A stretch of DNA of 59,603 bases from Patescibacteria group bacterium (GTDB lineage: Bacteria; Patescibacteriota; Saccharimonadia; Saccharimonadales; CAYUUR01): contig JBPOIH010000007.1 of assembly GCA_052034685.1 (NCBI GenBank), positions 79,249 to 138,851 of the forward strand. The letters run 5' to 3'. The position numbers and the translations under genes are program-made. Below are positions 9,394-18,995 of this stretch, piece after piece (the stretch's first letter is position 1; the number at the start of each line of letters is the position of its first letter). The notes below the pieces were generated by a model that was given only the letters and a program-made list of their open reading frames with translations, did no database searches and was not told the origin of the DNA.

Positions 9394-10407
9394 CTACTTG
9401 TGCAGTAAACGACCCGTGTCGGCGACGACCTCCACCAGTCGATTACTGTATCCCCATTCATTATCGTACCAAACCACTACCTTAACGAGGTTGCCTGCGA
9501 CGACATTTGTAAGTAACAGATCAACAATCCCAGAGTGACTGTTGCCGATGTAGTCACTGCTCACCAGCGGCTCTTCACTAACATCAAGTATCCCTTGGTA
9601 ATATGGCTCTTTGACGGACTTTTTGAATAGTTTGTTTACTTCCTCAATCGTAACGTCTTTTTTGAGAAGCATGGTAACGTCACTCAGTGAAACCACTGGC
9701 GTCGGCACGCGCACGCTCATACCATCAAATTTACCTTTGAGTTGCGGGACTGTAAGCGCTACCGCAACAGCCGCGCCAGTTGTGGTTGGAACGATGTTTT
9801 CTGCAGCAGCACGTGATTCTCGCATATCTTTAGCTGGGCCATCTTGCAACACTTGACTGGCTGTGTAGCTATGAACGGTAGTTAGCATGGCTTTTTGCAC
9901 GCCAAATGCTGCGTCCATGATAGACATTACTGCCGCCAATGAATTCGTCGTACAACTCGCATTACTAATAATGTCAGTTGCCTTTTCGAGCTTGTCGTCA
10001 TTGGCACCCATCACCAGCGTGTCGATGTCTTCACTCTTGGTTGGGCCAGAAATGACCACTTTCTTAGCGCCAGCCTTGATATGTAGCTCAGCGTCTTCTT
10101 TCTTAGTGAAGCGACCAGTAGATTCAATCACAACGTCTACTTTGAGCGTCACCCATGGCAACAGACTTGGGTCTTTCTCTGCAGTAACTGGTATCTTTTT
10201 ACCAGCAACTATCAAATGTGATTCATCAAAAGTAACTTCTTGGTCGTATAGGCCGTAAGTACTATCGTGTTTGAGCAAGTAAGCCAGTGACTCAGTATTG
10301 GTGAGATCATTGATTGCTACAATTTCAATATCAGTTCGTGCAAAAGCTATCTTGAAGGCATTTCTACCAATGCGACCAAAGCCGTTTATTGCCACGCGTG
10401 TTTTCAT
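9394..10407 (-). CDS. gap: Type I glyceraldehyde-3-phosphate dehydrogenase
   Basis: INGFGRIGRN and the SNASCTTN active-site motif. Confidence 0.95.
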   Translation of the reverse strand: MKTRVAINGFGRIGRNAFKIAFARTDIEIVAINDLTNTESLAYLLKHDSTYGLYDQEVTFDESHLIVAGKKIPVTAEKDPSLLPWVTLKVDVVIESTGRFTKKEDAELHIKAGAKKVVISGPTKSEDIDTLVMGANDDKLEKATDIISNASCTTNSLAAVMSIMDAAFGVQKAMLTTVHSYTASQVLQDGPAKDMRESRAAAENIVPTTTGAAVAVALTVPQLKGKFDGMSVRVPTPVVSLSDVTMLLKKDVTIEEVNKLFKKSVKEPYYQGILDVSEEPLVSSDYIGNSHSGIVDLLLTNVVAGNLVKVVVWYDNEWGYSNRLVEVVADTGRLLHK

Positions 10408-10466
10408 GTTTGATTCCCCCTCTATTTCTTGGGGTATTGTAGCATAAACGCTTGTGCTTGTATCAA

Positions 10467-10988
10467 CTACTTAGCGTTATTGATCGAGGTTTCAATGACT
10501 TTGATTGCGTCCTCTGGACCGCCCCAACCGTTAAACTCAACCGGGGTACCCTGCCAGTTCTTTTTCCAAGCTTTGTACTGCTTATAGAAATGTTCCATCA
10601 TCGGCTTAAAGTTCTCTCCCAGATCATCAACATGCTTAATATGTGCTTTTGTAACATCATCATTGGCAACACAGACTAACTTTTCATCACCCTCGCCGTC
10701 ATCAACCATATAAAGTACACCTATTGGACGACATCGAACTACTACACCATGCGGCACTGGTTCATCAATTATTAACAAAGCGTCGAGTGGATCACCATCA
10801 TCACATAGTGTATCTGGTATGTATCCGTAATCTGCCGGGTAGCCGAGACTTGCAGTACCGTTCACGCGATCAAGAAATATACGACCGGTCTTTTTATCGA
10901 GTTCGTATTTGTTTACATTACCCTTTTGAATCTCAATAATTACGTTTACTACTTTAGGGGCGTCTTTGCCGTAACTAACATCTACCAT
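10467..10988 (-). CDS. ppa: Family I inorganic pyrophosphatase
   Basis: NKYELD, YPADYGYIP and DGDPLDAL motifs. Confidence 0.9.
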   Translation of the reverse strand: MVDVSYGKDAPKVVNVIIEIQKGNVNKYELDKKTGRIFLDRVNGTASLGYPADYGYIPDTLCDDGDPLDALLIIDEPVPHGVVVRCRPIGVLYMVDDGEGDEKLVCVANDDVTKAHIKHVDDLGENFKPMMEHFYKQYKAWKKNWQGTPVEFNGWGGPEDAIKVIETSINNAK

Positions 10989-11042
10989 GTTTTCTCCTTT
11001 TGCTATTGCCCTAGTATACTGGAGTCAGGAACACAATTACAA

Positions 11043-11711
11043 ATGACACAGATTATTGGCCACAGAGGTGCTGCCGGCCTTGCCACAGAAAACACGATTG
11101 CGAGCTTTGTAGCCGCACAGGCAGCTGGCGTTGATGTATTAGAGTTTGACCTTCGCCTCACCAAAGACCAGCAGATTGTCGTTAATCACGATAAGTCGTT
11201 GCTGCGTGTGTTTGGTATTGATATGAACATCTCTGAGCATAGTTTGAAAGAGCTCCAACAGGCCTGCCCAGAACTTGCCACATTCAGTGAAATCATTAAG
11301 GCGTGCGGTCGAACAAACATGGTGATTGAGTTGAAAGAGCCCATCTCTTCCGCCGAACTCAAAAAGTTGCTTGCAGACACCCCCACCCAGCAATACGCAT
11401 TTGCCTCATTCAAGCCAGAAGCCATCGATAGACTAGACGGCGAGTTTCCTGATACGCCACGGAGCCTTTTATCATTCCTATTCCCATGCTGGCGCGCCCA
11501 TCAGGCAAAGAGAATGAAGCTGCAAGGTATCGGTGTGTACTATCTGTTCCTTAATCCATTCATCTATTGGCTTGCGAGTCGCTACAAACTTAACCTGTAC
11601 GTCTATACTGTCAATGTACGATGGGTCGCTGTACTCATCAGTAAGCTCTATCCTAGAGTAAGCATCTGTACCAATCGTCCCGACCTATTTCAATCGTTAC
11701 GTACGAAATAG
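11043..11711 (+). CDS. Glycerophosphodiester phosphodiesterase family protein
   Basis: MTQIIGHRGAAGLATENT, LEFDLRLTKD and VVNHD motifs. Start at ATG 11043; the ORF-track extension overlaps ppa. Confidence 0.85.
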   Translation: MTQIIGHRGAAGLATENTIASFVAAQAAGVDVLEFDLRLTKDQQIVVNHDKSLLRVFGIDMNISEHSLKELQQACPELATFSEIIKACGRTNMVIELKEPISSAELKKLLADTPTQQYAFASFKPEAIDRLDGEFPDTPRSLLSFLFPCWRAHQAKRMKLQGIGVYYLFLNPFIYWLASRYKLNLYVYTVNVRWVAVLISKLYPRVSICTNRPDLFQSLRTK

Positions 11712-12209
11712 CCACAAGTACAACATAGACCATGCGGTCACAATAGCAGCGACAATATACTGATATTCCAGATAGGCTGGCGAAAAGTAACACAGCGCTG
11801 CGGCTGCGAGGTTGAGCGCAGCAGCAAAGTAGTACCACTGAGCTGGACGATCAACAACACCGTTCCAAATGTACGCAATTGCCATAACCACCAACCAAAA
11901 GACACCCAAATATGGGATAATTCGCGCTAACTGGTCAATATAGAAAGCTAGTCCTGAGACGGCCATGCCAAAGGCAATCGGCACCAGCCAAGAAACGAAA
12001 ATCTGCTTCATCTTGCCGACCTTGAGAGGCATAACCCTCCACATATACCCCATACCAATCACCGAAATAAGAAACCATACTGCATTGATCTGACGCACTT
12101 GCCAGAAATGCGTCGCTATATAACCAATCGTACCAAGCACTGCCCACAGCAAATACACCCGGGCCCGCGAAGCATGTAGTAAATAAAACCAGTCAACTCT
12201 GCTATTCAT
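11697..12209 (-). CDS. Polytopic membrane protein (hypothetical)
   Basis: About 5 hydrophobic helices. Start taken at ATG 12207-12209 (MNSRVDW) to avoid overlap with the divergent gene. Confidence 0.6.
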   Translation of the reverse strand: MNSRVDWFYLLHASRARVYLLWAVLGTIGYIATHFWQVRQINAVWFLISVIGMGYMWRVMPLKVGKMKQIFVSWLVPIAFGMAVSGLAFYIDQLARIIPYLGVFWLVVMAIAYIWNGVVDRPAQWYYFAAALNLAAAALCYFSPAYLEYQYIVAAIVTAWSMLYLWLFRT

Positions 12210-12218
12210 TGTTATAAT
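12210..12218 (+). promoter_or_regulatory. Extended -10 box (TGtTATAAT) 11 nt before ATG 12230
   Basis: TG at 12210-12211 and TATAAT at 12213-12218. No SD between the box and the start codon, which implies a very short leader or none. Confidence 0.4.
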
Positions 12219-12229
12219 GCTTATTATAC

Positions 12230-12934
12230 ATGCGCGTAAGATTTGACCACAAACATGAAGAGGCAAACGGTATTGTTAATCTGTATTTTGAACCATTGGA
12301 ACGCTACCAACACATGGCTGGTCAGTTTATTGAGATCAATCTACGGCATGACAAACCCGATTCTCGCGGCATTCGCCGCTGGTTTACGCTCTCATCTGCG
12401 CCCGAGGATGAATTACTCAGCATAACAACTCGATATGCAGGCAAAAATAGCAGCAGCTTCAAGCGTGCTTTTACCGCACTTAAACCCGGTACTGAACTGT
12501 CCTTTAGTCCGCCAGAGGGTGACTTTTGTTTACCAAAAGACACCGACACCAAACTTGTATTTGTCGCGGGAGGGATCGGCATTACCCCGGTTCATAGCAT
12601 GGTAAAACACCTACTCAACGCCCAAGAACAACGCGATGTCCGCGTCATATACGGTGTTAATACGCTGGACGACGCACTGTTCACCAATGTATTTGACACC
12701 TACCAAGCAGACGTCGAACTAGTGGTAACCAACCCGCCAGATAACTGGGAGGGCACGAGCGGACGTGTCACCGCAGAGCAGATAGTTTCCGCAACCCAAA
12801 ACACTGATAACTTCCTCATCTACTTATCGGGGCCAGAACCGATGGTAGAAAAGCTTGACGCAGAACTAAAATCAGCAGGCATTGCCTCCAGGCACATCAA
12901 GACAGATTTCTTCCCGGGTTATAACAATATCTAA
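12230..12934 (+). CDS. FNR-like FAD/NAD(P)H oxidoreductase (cytochrome-b5-reductase-type fold)
   Basis: RRWFTLSS (RxYS-type FAD site), VAGGIGITP (NAD(P) site) and YLSGPEPM (CGPxxM-like) motifs. Confidence 0.8.
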   Translation: MRVRFDHKHEEANGIVNLYFEPLERYQHMAGQFIEINLRHDKPDSRGIRRWFTLSSAPEDELLSITTRYAGKNSSSFKRAFTALKPGTELSFSPPEGDFCLPKDTDTKLVFVAGGIGITPVHSMVKHLLNAQEQRDVRVIYGVNTLDDALFTNVFDTYQADVELVVTNPPDNWEGTSGRVTAEQIVSATQNTDNFLIYLSGPEPMVEKLDAELKSAGIASRHIKTDFFPGYNNI

Positions 12935-12945
12935 AGGAGTACTAC

Positions 12946-13356
12946 ATGAAAAAATCAACCCTCGCCATTATCATCGCCATCTTATCAGTCGGTATACTCG
13001 GCGGTATCTACTTGTATCAAAAAGATGAACCATCAACGTCAGATACGCCTACAATCAGCACAAATACCACTGACGGAACAACAAAGGCTTCCAGCTACAC
13101 AGCAGCAGAGGTCGCCAAACACAAGACCGCATCTGACTGCTGGACAATCATCAATGGCAATGTCTACGACCTTACAAGCTATGTGTCTCGTCACCCTGGT
13201 GGTGATGACATTGAATTGGCTTGTGGCGTAGACGGAACAACCCTATTCACTCAGCGTAAAACAGTAGATGGCAAGACAGTTGGTTCAGGCACACCTCATG
13301 ATGACGGCTCTGCCTCCCAACTCGAATCGCTCAAGATTGGCACCCTCGCTAACTAG
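12946..13356 (+). CDS. Membrane-anchored cytochrome b5-like heme-binding domain protein
   Basis: N-terminal TM helix, then YTAAEVAKHKTASDCWTIINGNVYDLTSYVSRHPGG, the classic b5 HPGG motif. AGGAG lies 8 nt upstream. Confidence 0.8.
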   Translation: MKKSTLAIIIAILSVGILGGIYLYQKDEPSTSDTPTISTNTTDGTTKASSYTAAEVAKHKTASDCWTIINGNVYDLTSYVSRHPGGDDIELACGVDGTTLFTQRKTVDGKTVGSGTPHDDGSASQLESLKIGTLAN

Positions 13357-13368
13357 CTGACATAATTA

Positions 13369-14226
13369 TTAGTGAGTTTTCGCATGTGCTTCGACATGGC
13401 GTGAGAGTACACCAATGCCCAGCAAATGACTGAGTGTCGCACGCGGCGTGTCGACATTATGCAGGATGAGGCGATATAGCTTGGCGGTTTCAGGTCTCAC
13501 CACGACGTCGCGAGCAGCACCGGAAGTTTCAAGACATGCACAACTACCGATCGTTTCCAACCGAAGTGCCTTCCAGCGAACAGATCTTTCATCCCAATCT
13601 TGTTCTCCCTCAATAGACGTTATTCGACTCGAAACGTTGAATCGGCGTTCATTCACTTGTACAGCCAACGAGGTTGACCCAGCCCGGAATCCGTCATCAA
13701 ATTCTACATATGAATAACCATCTTCAGCCTGGCTCCGTACCTCTGCACCATGCGGTTCTGCCATCGCTTGCACCGTCTCACGCCATATGTCTGTGTTGGC
13801 ACTGCTCAGGTTTAACCACTCTTGCATCGACTTATTCACCCAGGCATAGCAACCGACGCGTCCATTCAGAGACTGAATACTCATTACTCGATCTGTTGGA
13901 TTATCAAGGGTATAGTTCATGATTCGGTTGGCCGCATCGAGATATTTGCCGAGTGGTGAATCACCCCAAACTGGTTTGCTGTACGTATCACCGAGTAGTG
14001 CTTTTATGTCAGTAAGCACCGTGAGTCTTTCGCCCTCAGTAGACACCTCAACGCCAGAGAAAGACGCAATGCCATCAATTGCCTCGTCGTATAGCTCATG
14101 CCTCCGACTTGGATCTGCACCAGCATCTTCTTCGTCAAATGCAGCGACTGAATCGAGATTAAAGACGAGGTTACCCTGCGCTTCATACGTCACTTGAGGA
14201 CGAACTTCTGGTTGATTCATATACAA
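13369..14226 (-). CDS. Hypothetical soluble acidic protein
   Basis: 285-aa ORF with no recognisable motif. Confidence 0.6.
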   Translation of the reverse strand: MYMNQPEVRPQVTYEAQGNLVFNLDSVAAFDEEDAGADPSRRHELYDEAIDGIASFSGVEVSTEGERLTVLTDIKALLGDTYSKPVWGDSPLGKYLDAANRIMNYTLDNPTDRVMSIQSLNGRVGCYAWVNKSMQEWLNLSSANTDIWRETVQAMAEPHGAEVRSQAEDGYSYVEFDDGFRAGSTSLAVQVNERRFNVSSRITSIEGEQDWDERSVRWKALRLETIGSCACLETSGAARDVVVRPETAKLYRLILHNVDTPRATLSHLLGIGVLSRHVEAHAKTH

Positions 14227-14259
14227 ACACCCTACGGTAAACTCAGGCTGGCTGCAAGG

Positions 14260-15252
14260 TTAAGCAGTATGTTTTGTTGTAGCCGTAACAGAGTGGACTT
14301 CGTGGGTTTTGTGCGCGTCTTCAAGATATTTACGAATCATAAGTGCTGCAGTGGCACCTTCGCCTACGGCACTGGCAATCTGCATGGTTGCACCTGAACG
14401 GACATCGCCAGCCGCAAAGACTCCCGGCATGGTCGTCATGAGCTCTGTGTTTGTCTTGATAAGACCAAGTTCATCAAGTTCAATCTTGGTACCCTCCAAG
14501 AACTGCGTATTTGGTAATAGTCCGATGAATACAAACACACCATCAGTCGGAAAATCGACTTTCTTTCCAGTTGTCACATCAGTGCCGACGACTTTAACAA
14601 CCTTGCCTTCTTCCCCAACAATTTCATCGGTCGTTGTATTGTAGTGAATGGTTATTTTGTCGGCGTGTTTTTTGAGCTCTTCTTGTAGTACTTCGCTGGC
14701 GCGCATCTTTTCGCCACGCACTAGTAGATCAATCTTAGAGGCAAACTTGGTCAGAAACATTGCTTCTTGAACGGCAGAGTTGCCACCACCGACAACTACG
14801 AGACGTTTGTCACGATAGAATGCTCCGTCACACGTCGCACAGAAGTGCACGCCACGTCCGTAAAACTCTTGCTCACCTGGAATACCAAGCTTTTTATAAT
14901 CACTACCGGTAGCGATCAAGACTGACTCTGCCAAAATTTCTCCGTCAGTTGTATCAAGTATTTTGTACTTGCCTTTGTCAGTAATCTTAGTAACCTCACC
15001 GAGTTCAATTACCGCGCCAAAGCGCTCTGCTTGCTTACGCAAGCCTTCGGCAAGATCAAGGCCGGCTATTCCTTTTGGAAATCCAGGATAGTTATCAACC
15101 CAGTCAGTAATAGCCGCTAAGCCTCCGACAACACCCTTTTCATACAGAAGTGTCTCTAGGTCTTCACGCGTTGTATAGACAGCCGCAGCCAGTGCCGCTG
15201 GTCCAGCACCAACCATTACAACTTGGTGGATTTTTTTGTCTGCCTCACTCAT
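14260..15252 (-). CDS. trxB: Thioredoxin-disulfide reductase
   Basis: VMVGAGPAALAAAVY, the CATCDG redox centre and VVGGGNSAVQEA. Start at ATG 15250-15252, preceded by GGGAG. Confidence 0.9.
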   Translation of the reverse strand: MSEADKKIHQVVMVGAGPAALAAAVYTTREDLETLLYEKGVVGGLAAITDWVDNYPGFPKGIAGLDLAEGLRKQAERFGAVIELGEVTKITDKGKYKILDTTDGEILAESVLIATGSDYKKLGIPGEQEFYGRGVHFCATCDGAFYRDKRLVVVGGGNSAVQEAMFLTKFASKIDLLVRGEKMRASEVLQEELKKHADKITIHYNTTTDEIVGEEGKVVKVVGTDVTTGKKVDFPTDGVFVFIGLLPNTQFLEGTKIELDELGLIKTNTELMTTMPGVFAAGDVRSGATMQIASAVGEGATAALMIRKYLEDAHKTHEVHSVTATTKHTA

Positions 15253-15330
15253 GCTTATTCTCCCATTACGAGGCCACACACCCTTGTCTGCCTCACTGCT
15301 ATAGTCTCTATTCTATATCCTCACGTGCGT

Positions 15331-15579
15331 TCAGGCTACAGCTGGAGCAAGACGAGAGAGGTTAAAACCAACGACTACTTCTTGACTGTCGTCTTGCTTT
15401 GTCACGACCGTGACCGGTACAGTCATGGCACCACTTATCTGCATAGCTTCTGCTTGACGCTCTGGGTTCTGGTCAAGGTTAACCTCTTCGTAGGTCTGAC
15501 CCTTGCTGGCAAGCCACTTTTTGACCATTACGCAGTATGCGCAGGTGTTAGTAGTGTAGATAGTAACGTTTTTAGGCAT
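15331..15579 (-). CDS. Glutaredoxin/NrdH-like small redoxin
   Basis: 82 aa. IYTTNTCAYCVMVKKWL carries a CxxC and TVPVTVV is the cis-Pro region. Confidence 0.7.
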   Translation of the reverse strand: MPKNVTIYTTNTCAYCVMVKKWLASKGQTYEEVNLDQNPERQAEAMQISGAMTVPVTVVTKQDDSQEVVVGFNLSRLAPAVA

Positions 15580-15686
15580 AATTTTCCCCTCATGCTTTGC
15601 TTTTTGTTTAGCTTTTATTTATGCTGCTTTTAGTATATATAGCGCTCACGCTTAATTCAATACCCCATATGTTGTGTTTTTGGCAA

Positions 15687-16241
15687 TTATTGCGCTGGTT
15701 CGCCAACACTGATGAGCTGGATATCAAACACCAGGTCAGAGTTTGGTGGAATGTTTGCTGCGGGCGACTGCTCACCGTAGGCCTGTGCTGCAGGAATGAG
15801 TAAACGACGCGTACCGCCCGCCTTCATACCCGGGACACCTTCTTGCCAGCCTACGATAACCCCTGATAGCGGAAATGTAGCGGGCTGACCACTGTCGAGC
15901 GAACTCTGGAAGATCGTTCCATCTTTAGCGAGTGCTCCGGTGTAATGCGCCGTAACGGTATCGCCTTTTTTGACTTCTGTACCCGTTCCAACAGTGATGT
16001 CAGTAATTACAAGCTTGTCGACTTGCTCTACCGGCGTAAAGCCTTCTAGTTTTGTACCTTCCAATGAACCCTCCTTTGGTGTTGTTTGTTCTTCTACTGG
16101 TTTATCCTCAGTCGCTACTGACTGCTGACTGTCATCCTTCGTAAGAATACTGTATAAGATCGCCCCACTGGTCCCTACAGAAGTCAATAAAAAGATAACA
16201 GCGATAACTAAAGTAAATGCACGTTGACTTCTCGTAGCCAT
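15687..16241 (-). CDS. Membrane-anchored FKBP-type peptidyl-prolyl isomerase
   Basis: VTAHYTGAL..DGTIFQSS, GVIVGWQEGVPGMKAGGTRRLLIP and DLVFDIQLI motifs. Start at MATRSQ (ATG 16239-16241), preceded by GGAGG. Confidence 0.85.
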   Translation of the reverse strand: MATRSQRAFTLVIAVIFLLTSVGTSGAILYSILTKDDSQQSVATEDKPVEEQTTPKEGSLEGTKLEGFTPVEQVDKLVITDITVGTGTEVKKGDTVTAHYTGALAKDGTIFQSSLDSGQPATFPLSGVIVGWQEGVPGMKAGGTRRLLIPAAQAYGEQSPAANIPPNSDLVFDIQLISVGEPAQ

Positions 16242-16309
16242 ATTTCCTCCATTTGCCGTTGTAGTATACCGCAAAACGACACGCGAGGAACCATTGACAA
16301 TTTACGAAT

Positions 16310-16582
16310 TTGGTTCATGATAATCACATGCCAGAAACTCACAAAAGAACAACCGCCAACTACTTATTCGGTGCTAGCTGTTTAGCGACCTTTGCGCTTG
16401 GTTGCGGGCTTTACATCGACGGCGCGGCAGATTTACTGCAAACGGAACTAGCTAATCATGGAGAAACCCTACAGATATCAAGCTCAGTACCCGATGTAGA
16501 CTCAGGTATTGCGCTTCAGCTATCCGGCGGCCTCATCCTTGCAGTCACAGGTTTAGCATCACTCTGTCGTATCGAAGGCTAG
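16310..16582 (+). CDS. Possible small membrane protein
   Basis: 90-aa ORF with two hydrophobic stretches. It sits in an otherwise empty gap. TTG start, or ATG at 16328. Confidence 0.35.
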   Translation: MVHDNHMPETHKRTTANYLFGASCLATFALGCGLYIDGAADLLQTELANHGETLQISSSVPDVDSGIALQLSGGLILAVTGLASLCRIEG

Positions 16583-18354
16583 TCTGCGATATCGAATGAC
16601 TGTAGTTTCTTTTTGACTTGTTCAGTCTTTTTGCCGTGTTGCAGCGCAAGCAACTGAGCATAGATACCGTCTGACTTGGCAAGTACCCCAGGAGAACCGA
16701 CCTCGTCAATAGTACCGCCACGTAGCGTAACAATCATGTCGACGTTCTGGATGGTACTGAGCCGATGAGCAATAATCAACGTCGTTCGGCCTTTCATGAG
16801 ACGTTCGAGGGCTTCTTGAACCATCTGTTCACTTTTACTATCTAAACTGCTGGTTGCTTCGTCCAGAATAAGAATTGGCGCGTCCTTAAGCAGGGCGCGA
16901 GCGATAGCAATACGCTGTTTCTGCCCGCCACTCAGTTTTAAACCACGTTCACCTATCTCTGTATCATAGCCGTGCTCAAGTTTACTGATGAACTCATGGG
17001 CGTTCGCAGCCTTGGCAGCAGCAATAATCGCAGCGTCATCGGTTTTTTCTTGGGCATATCCAATGTTTTCCTTAATCGTTCCACTAAATAAAGCAGGGTC
17101 CTGAAAAACGACGCCGATATTGTGTCGCAAACTTTTTTGCGTAACCTCGCTGATATTTTGACCGTCAATCATAATCGATCCCGTTTGAGGCTCATACAGA
17201 CGAAGCAGCAGATTGGTTAGTGTTGTCTTTCCTTCGCCACTCTCACCAACGAGTGCGATCTTTGTATCAGGCATTATTTCAAGTGAAATTTCTCGGAGGA
17301 TAGTATGTTTGTCGTCATACCCGAAGGCCACATCCTGAAAGGTAATGGCTCCGCGAGTTACCCTCAACTGGCGAGCGCCTGGCTTGTCCAGAATATCAGG
17401 GGTTACATTCATGACTTCAAAATAATCACGACTATCAGCCACTGCACGTTGCACGCTCTCAACCAAGAAGCTGATAGTAAATATCGGGATTCTTATCTGT
17501 TGCGCTAAAAGAATCAACGCTACGGCATCACCTGCAGTTAATTGACCGTTCACGGCCTGCGTGAAGATGAATATGTATACTCCAAAAAAAATCACGTTCA
17601 ATGCCAAGCGACGCCGAACATCTCGTTCATGCCAAAAACGAGACTGAGGCTTATTTATTGCAACGGCTTTTTGTATGTATTTCTGGAAAAACTTCAGTTC
17701 GCGACGTTCTTGCACGAAACTCTTGATTACTTTTATCTGTGTTATTGCCTCTGCAAAGCGCCCACTCGCAATGTCATAGTTCTGATTCTTATCCTTCTGA
17801 TACTCTTGCCACGTGTTACTGGTACGAACAGTCATCCAAATGTAGATTGGATACAGCGCAAAGAGCAGGACTGCAACCTGCCAGCTATAGTACGTTACTG
17901 CAATCAAAGCAAATATCGTCGAGAAGATGAACTGCAAGAAGTTATTACTGAACATGTTCATGAAGTTAGACAACTGCTGGACAGAACGACTAAGGCGGTT
18001 GATCAGCGCGCCGGATAACTCTTTGTCAAAATAGCTCTGAGGCAGGGTCAAGAGATGCTTATAGTAGCGTTCTGACAGTACCTTGTTGAGCTTGGCGGCC
18101 ATTTGATCGCCTAAGTATCCAGATATGTTATTTAAGAAAGTTGCCGACACATCCAGAACAAAAAGGCCTACAGCCAGCCAAATAACATAGCTCAAGCGCG
18201 CCGACGTACCTTGTCCAATCTCATCGATTGCTCGACCACTTATGATTGGCACTAGAAGCATGGTCAAGCTTGAGATTATCGTCAAAATACCGATTGCTAC
18301 ATAATACGGACGCAGTTCGCGCGCATAGCCCAAAATTCTCATCACATACTTCAT
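16579..18354 (-). CDS. ABC exporter, fused permease/ATPase (MsbA/ABCB type)
   Basis: Six-TM N-terminal half, Walker A GESGEGKTT, signature LSGGQKQR and Walker B ILILDEATS. Confidence 0.9.
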   Translation of the reverse strand: MKYVMRILGYARELRPYYVAIGILTIISSLTMLLVPIISGRAIDEIGQGTSARLSYVIWLAVGLFVLDVSATFLNNISGYLGDQMAAKLNKVLSERYYKHLLTLPQSYFDKELSGALINRLSRSVQQLSNFMNMFSNNFLQFIFSTIFALIAVTYYSWQVAVLLFALYPIYIWMTVRTSNTWQEYQKDKNQNYDIASGRFAEAITQIKVIKSFVQERRELKFFQKYIQKAVAINKPQSRFWHERDVRRRLALNVIFFGVYIFIFTQAVNGQLTAGDAVALILLAQQIRIPIFTISFLVESVQRAVADSRDYFEVMNVTPDILDKPGARQLRVTRGAITFQDVAFGYDDKHTILREISLEIMPDTKIALVGESGEGKTTLTNLLLRLYEPQTGSIMIDGQNISEVTQKSLRHNIGVVFQDPALFSGTIKENIGYAQEKTDDAAIIAAAKAANAHEFISKLEHGYDTEIGERGLKLSGGQKQRIAIARALLKDAPILILDEATSSLDSKSEQMVQEALERLMKGRTTLIIAHRLSTIQNVDMIVTLRGGTIDEVGSPGVLAKSDGIYAQLLALQHGKKTEQVKKKLQSFDIAD

Positions 18355-18383
18355 TATGTATAGCTTATCGCATTACATTGATA

Positions 18384-18935
18384 TCAGCGACCGTTTTTAG
18401 AAGAAACAAGCGAATACAGTAACGCCGCGATTATAAAAAACAAACCACCGTAAAAGAATAACTCCACATAGAGTTCAGCTTTGTAGCCTTCTCCTGGGGA
18501 GGTTACAAAGTAGCGGACCACTGCTAACGAATATGCTGCCAATGAAATAATTGCCGTGGTTAGCAAGGCAATTCTGGATCGCAGTATCGCTATGACAAGT
18601 AGGGGCAATATATATAAGAACACCGCCTTACTAGCCATGCCACGTTGTGCAAACACAATAATCGTCGCTATAGCCAGGTCCACAGCTGCAAGTATCCACG
18701 CGTAGGCCTGCAATAGCGTTTGGCTTTTAGTAGCGCGTGCCGCATACCAAATGCCAGCTGTTGCGGCAAGCAGTAATGATGCGAGTGTCCAGCGCTGCAG
18801 GACAACGCTCGGCGGAATGAGATTCCATGCATCTGACAGAATAATTGTAACGACAAATAACCCCACAAAAGCAAAGTGAATGCGTGCGATTGAGAGCAGA
18901 CTAGACTGTAGTGGCAACGTAGCAAGTTTTTTCAT
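18384..18935 (-). CDS. Polytopic membrane protein (hypothetical)
   Basis: 183 aa with 5-6 hydrophobic helices. Confidence 0.6.
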   Translation of the reverse strand: MKKLATLPLQSSLLSIARIHFAFVGLFVVTIILSDAWNLIPPSVVLQRWTLASLLLAATAGIWYAARATKSQTLLQAYAWILAAVDLAIATIIVFAQRGMASKAVFLYILPLLVIAILRSRIALLTTAIISLAAYSLAVVRYFVTSPGEGYKAELYVELFFYGGLFFIIAALLYSLVSSKNGR

Positions 18936-18995
18936 TACTTCACGTTGTATTCAACCATAAGCGCTATGTGATAGCAACCACAACGCAACAAATGA

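Noticed and set aside
8982-9485. 167-aa plus-strand ORF spanning rpiB, the small membrane gene and gap.
   Set aside because: It is antisense to three well-supported genes, so it is a shadow ORF.
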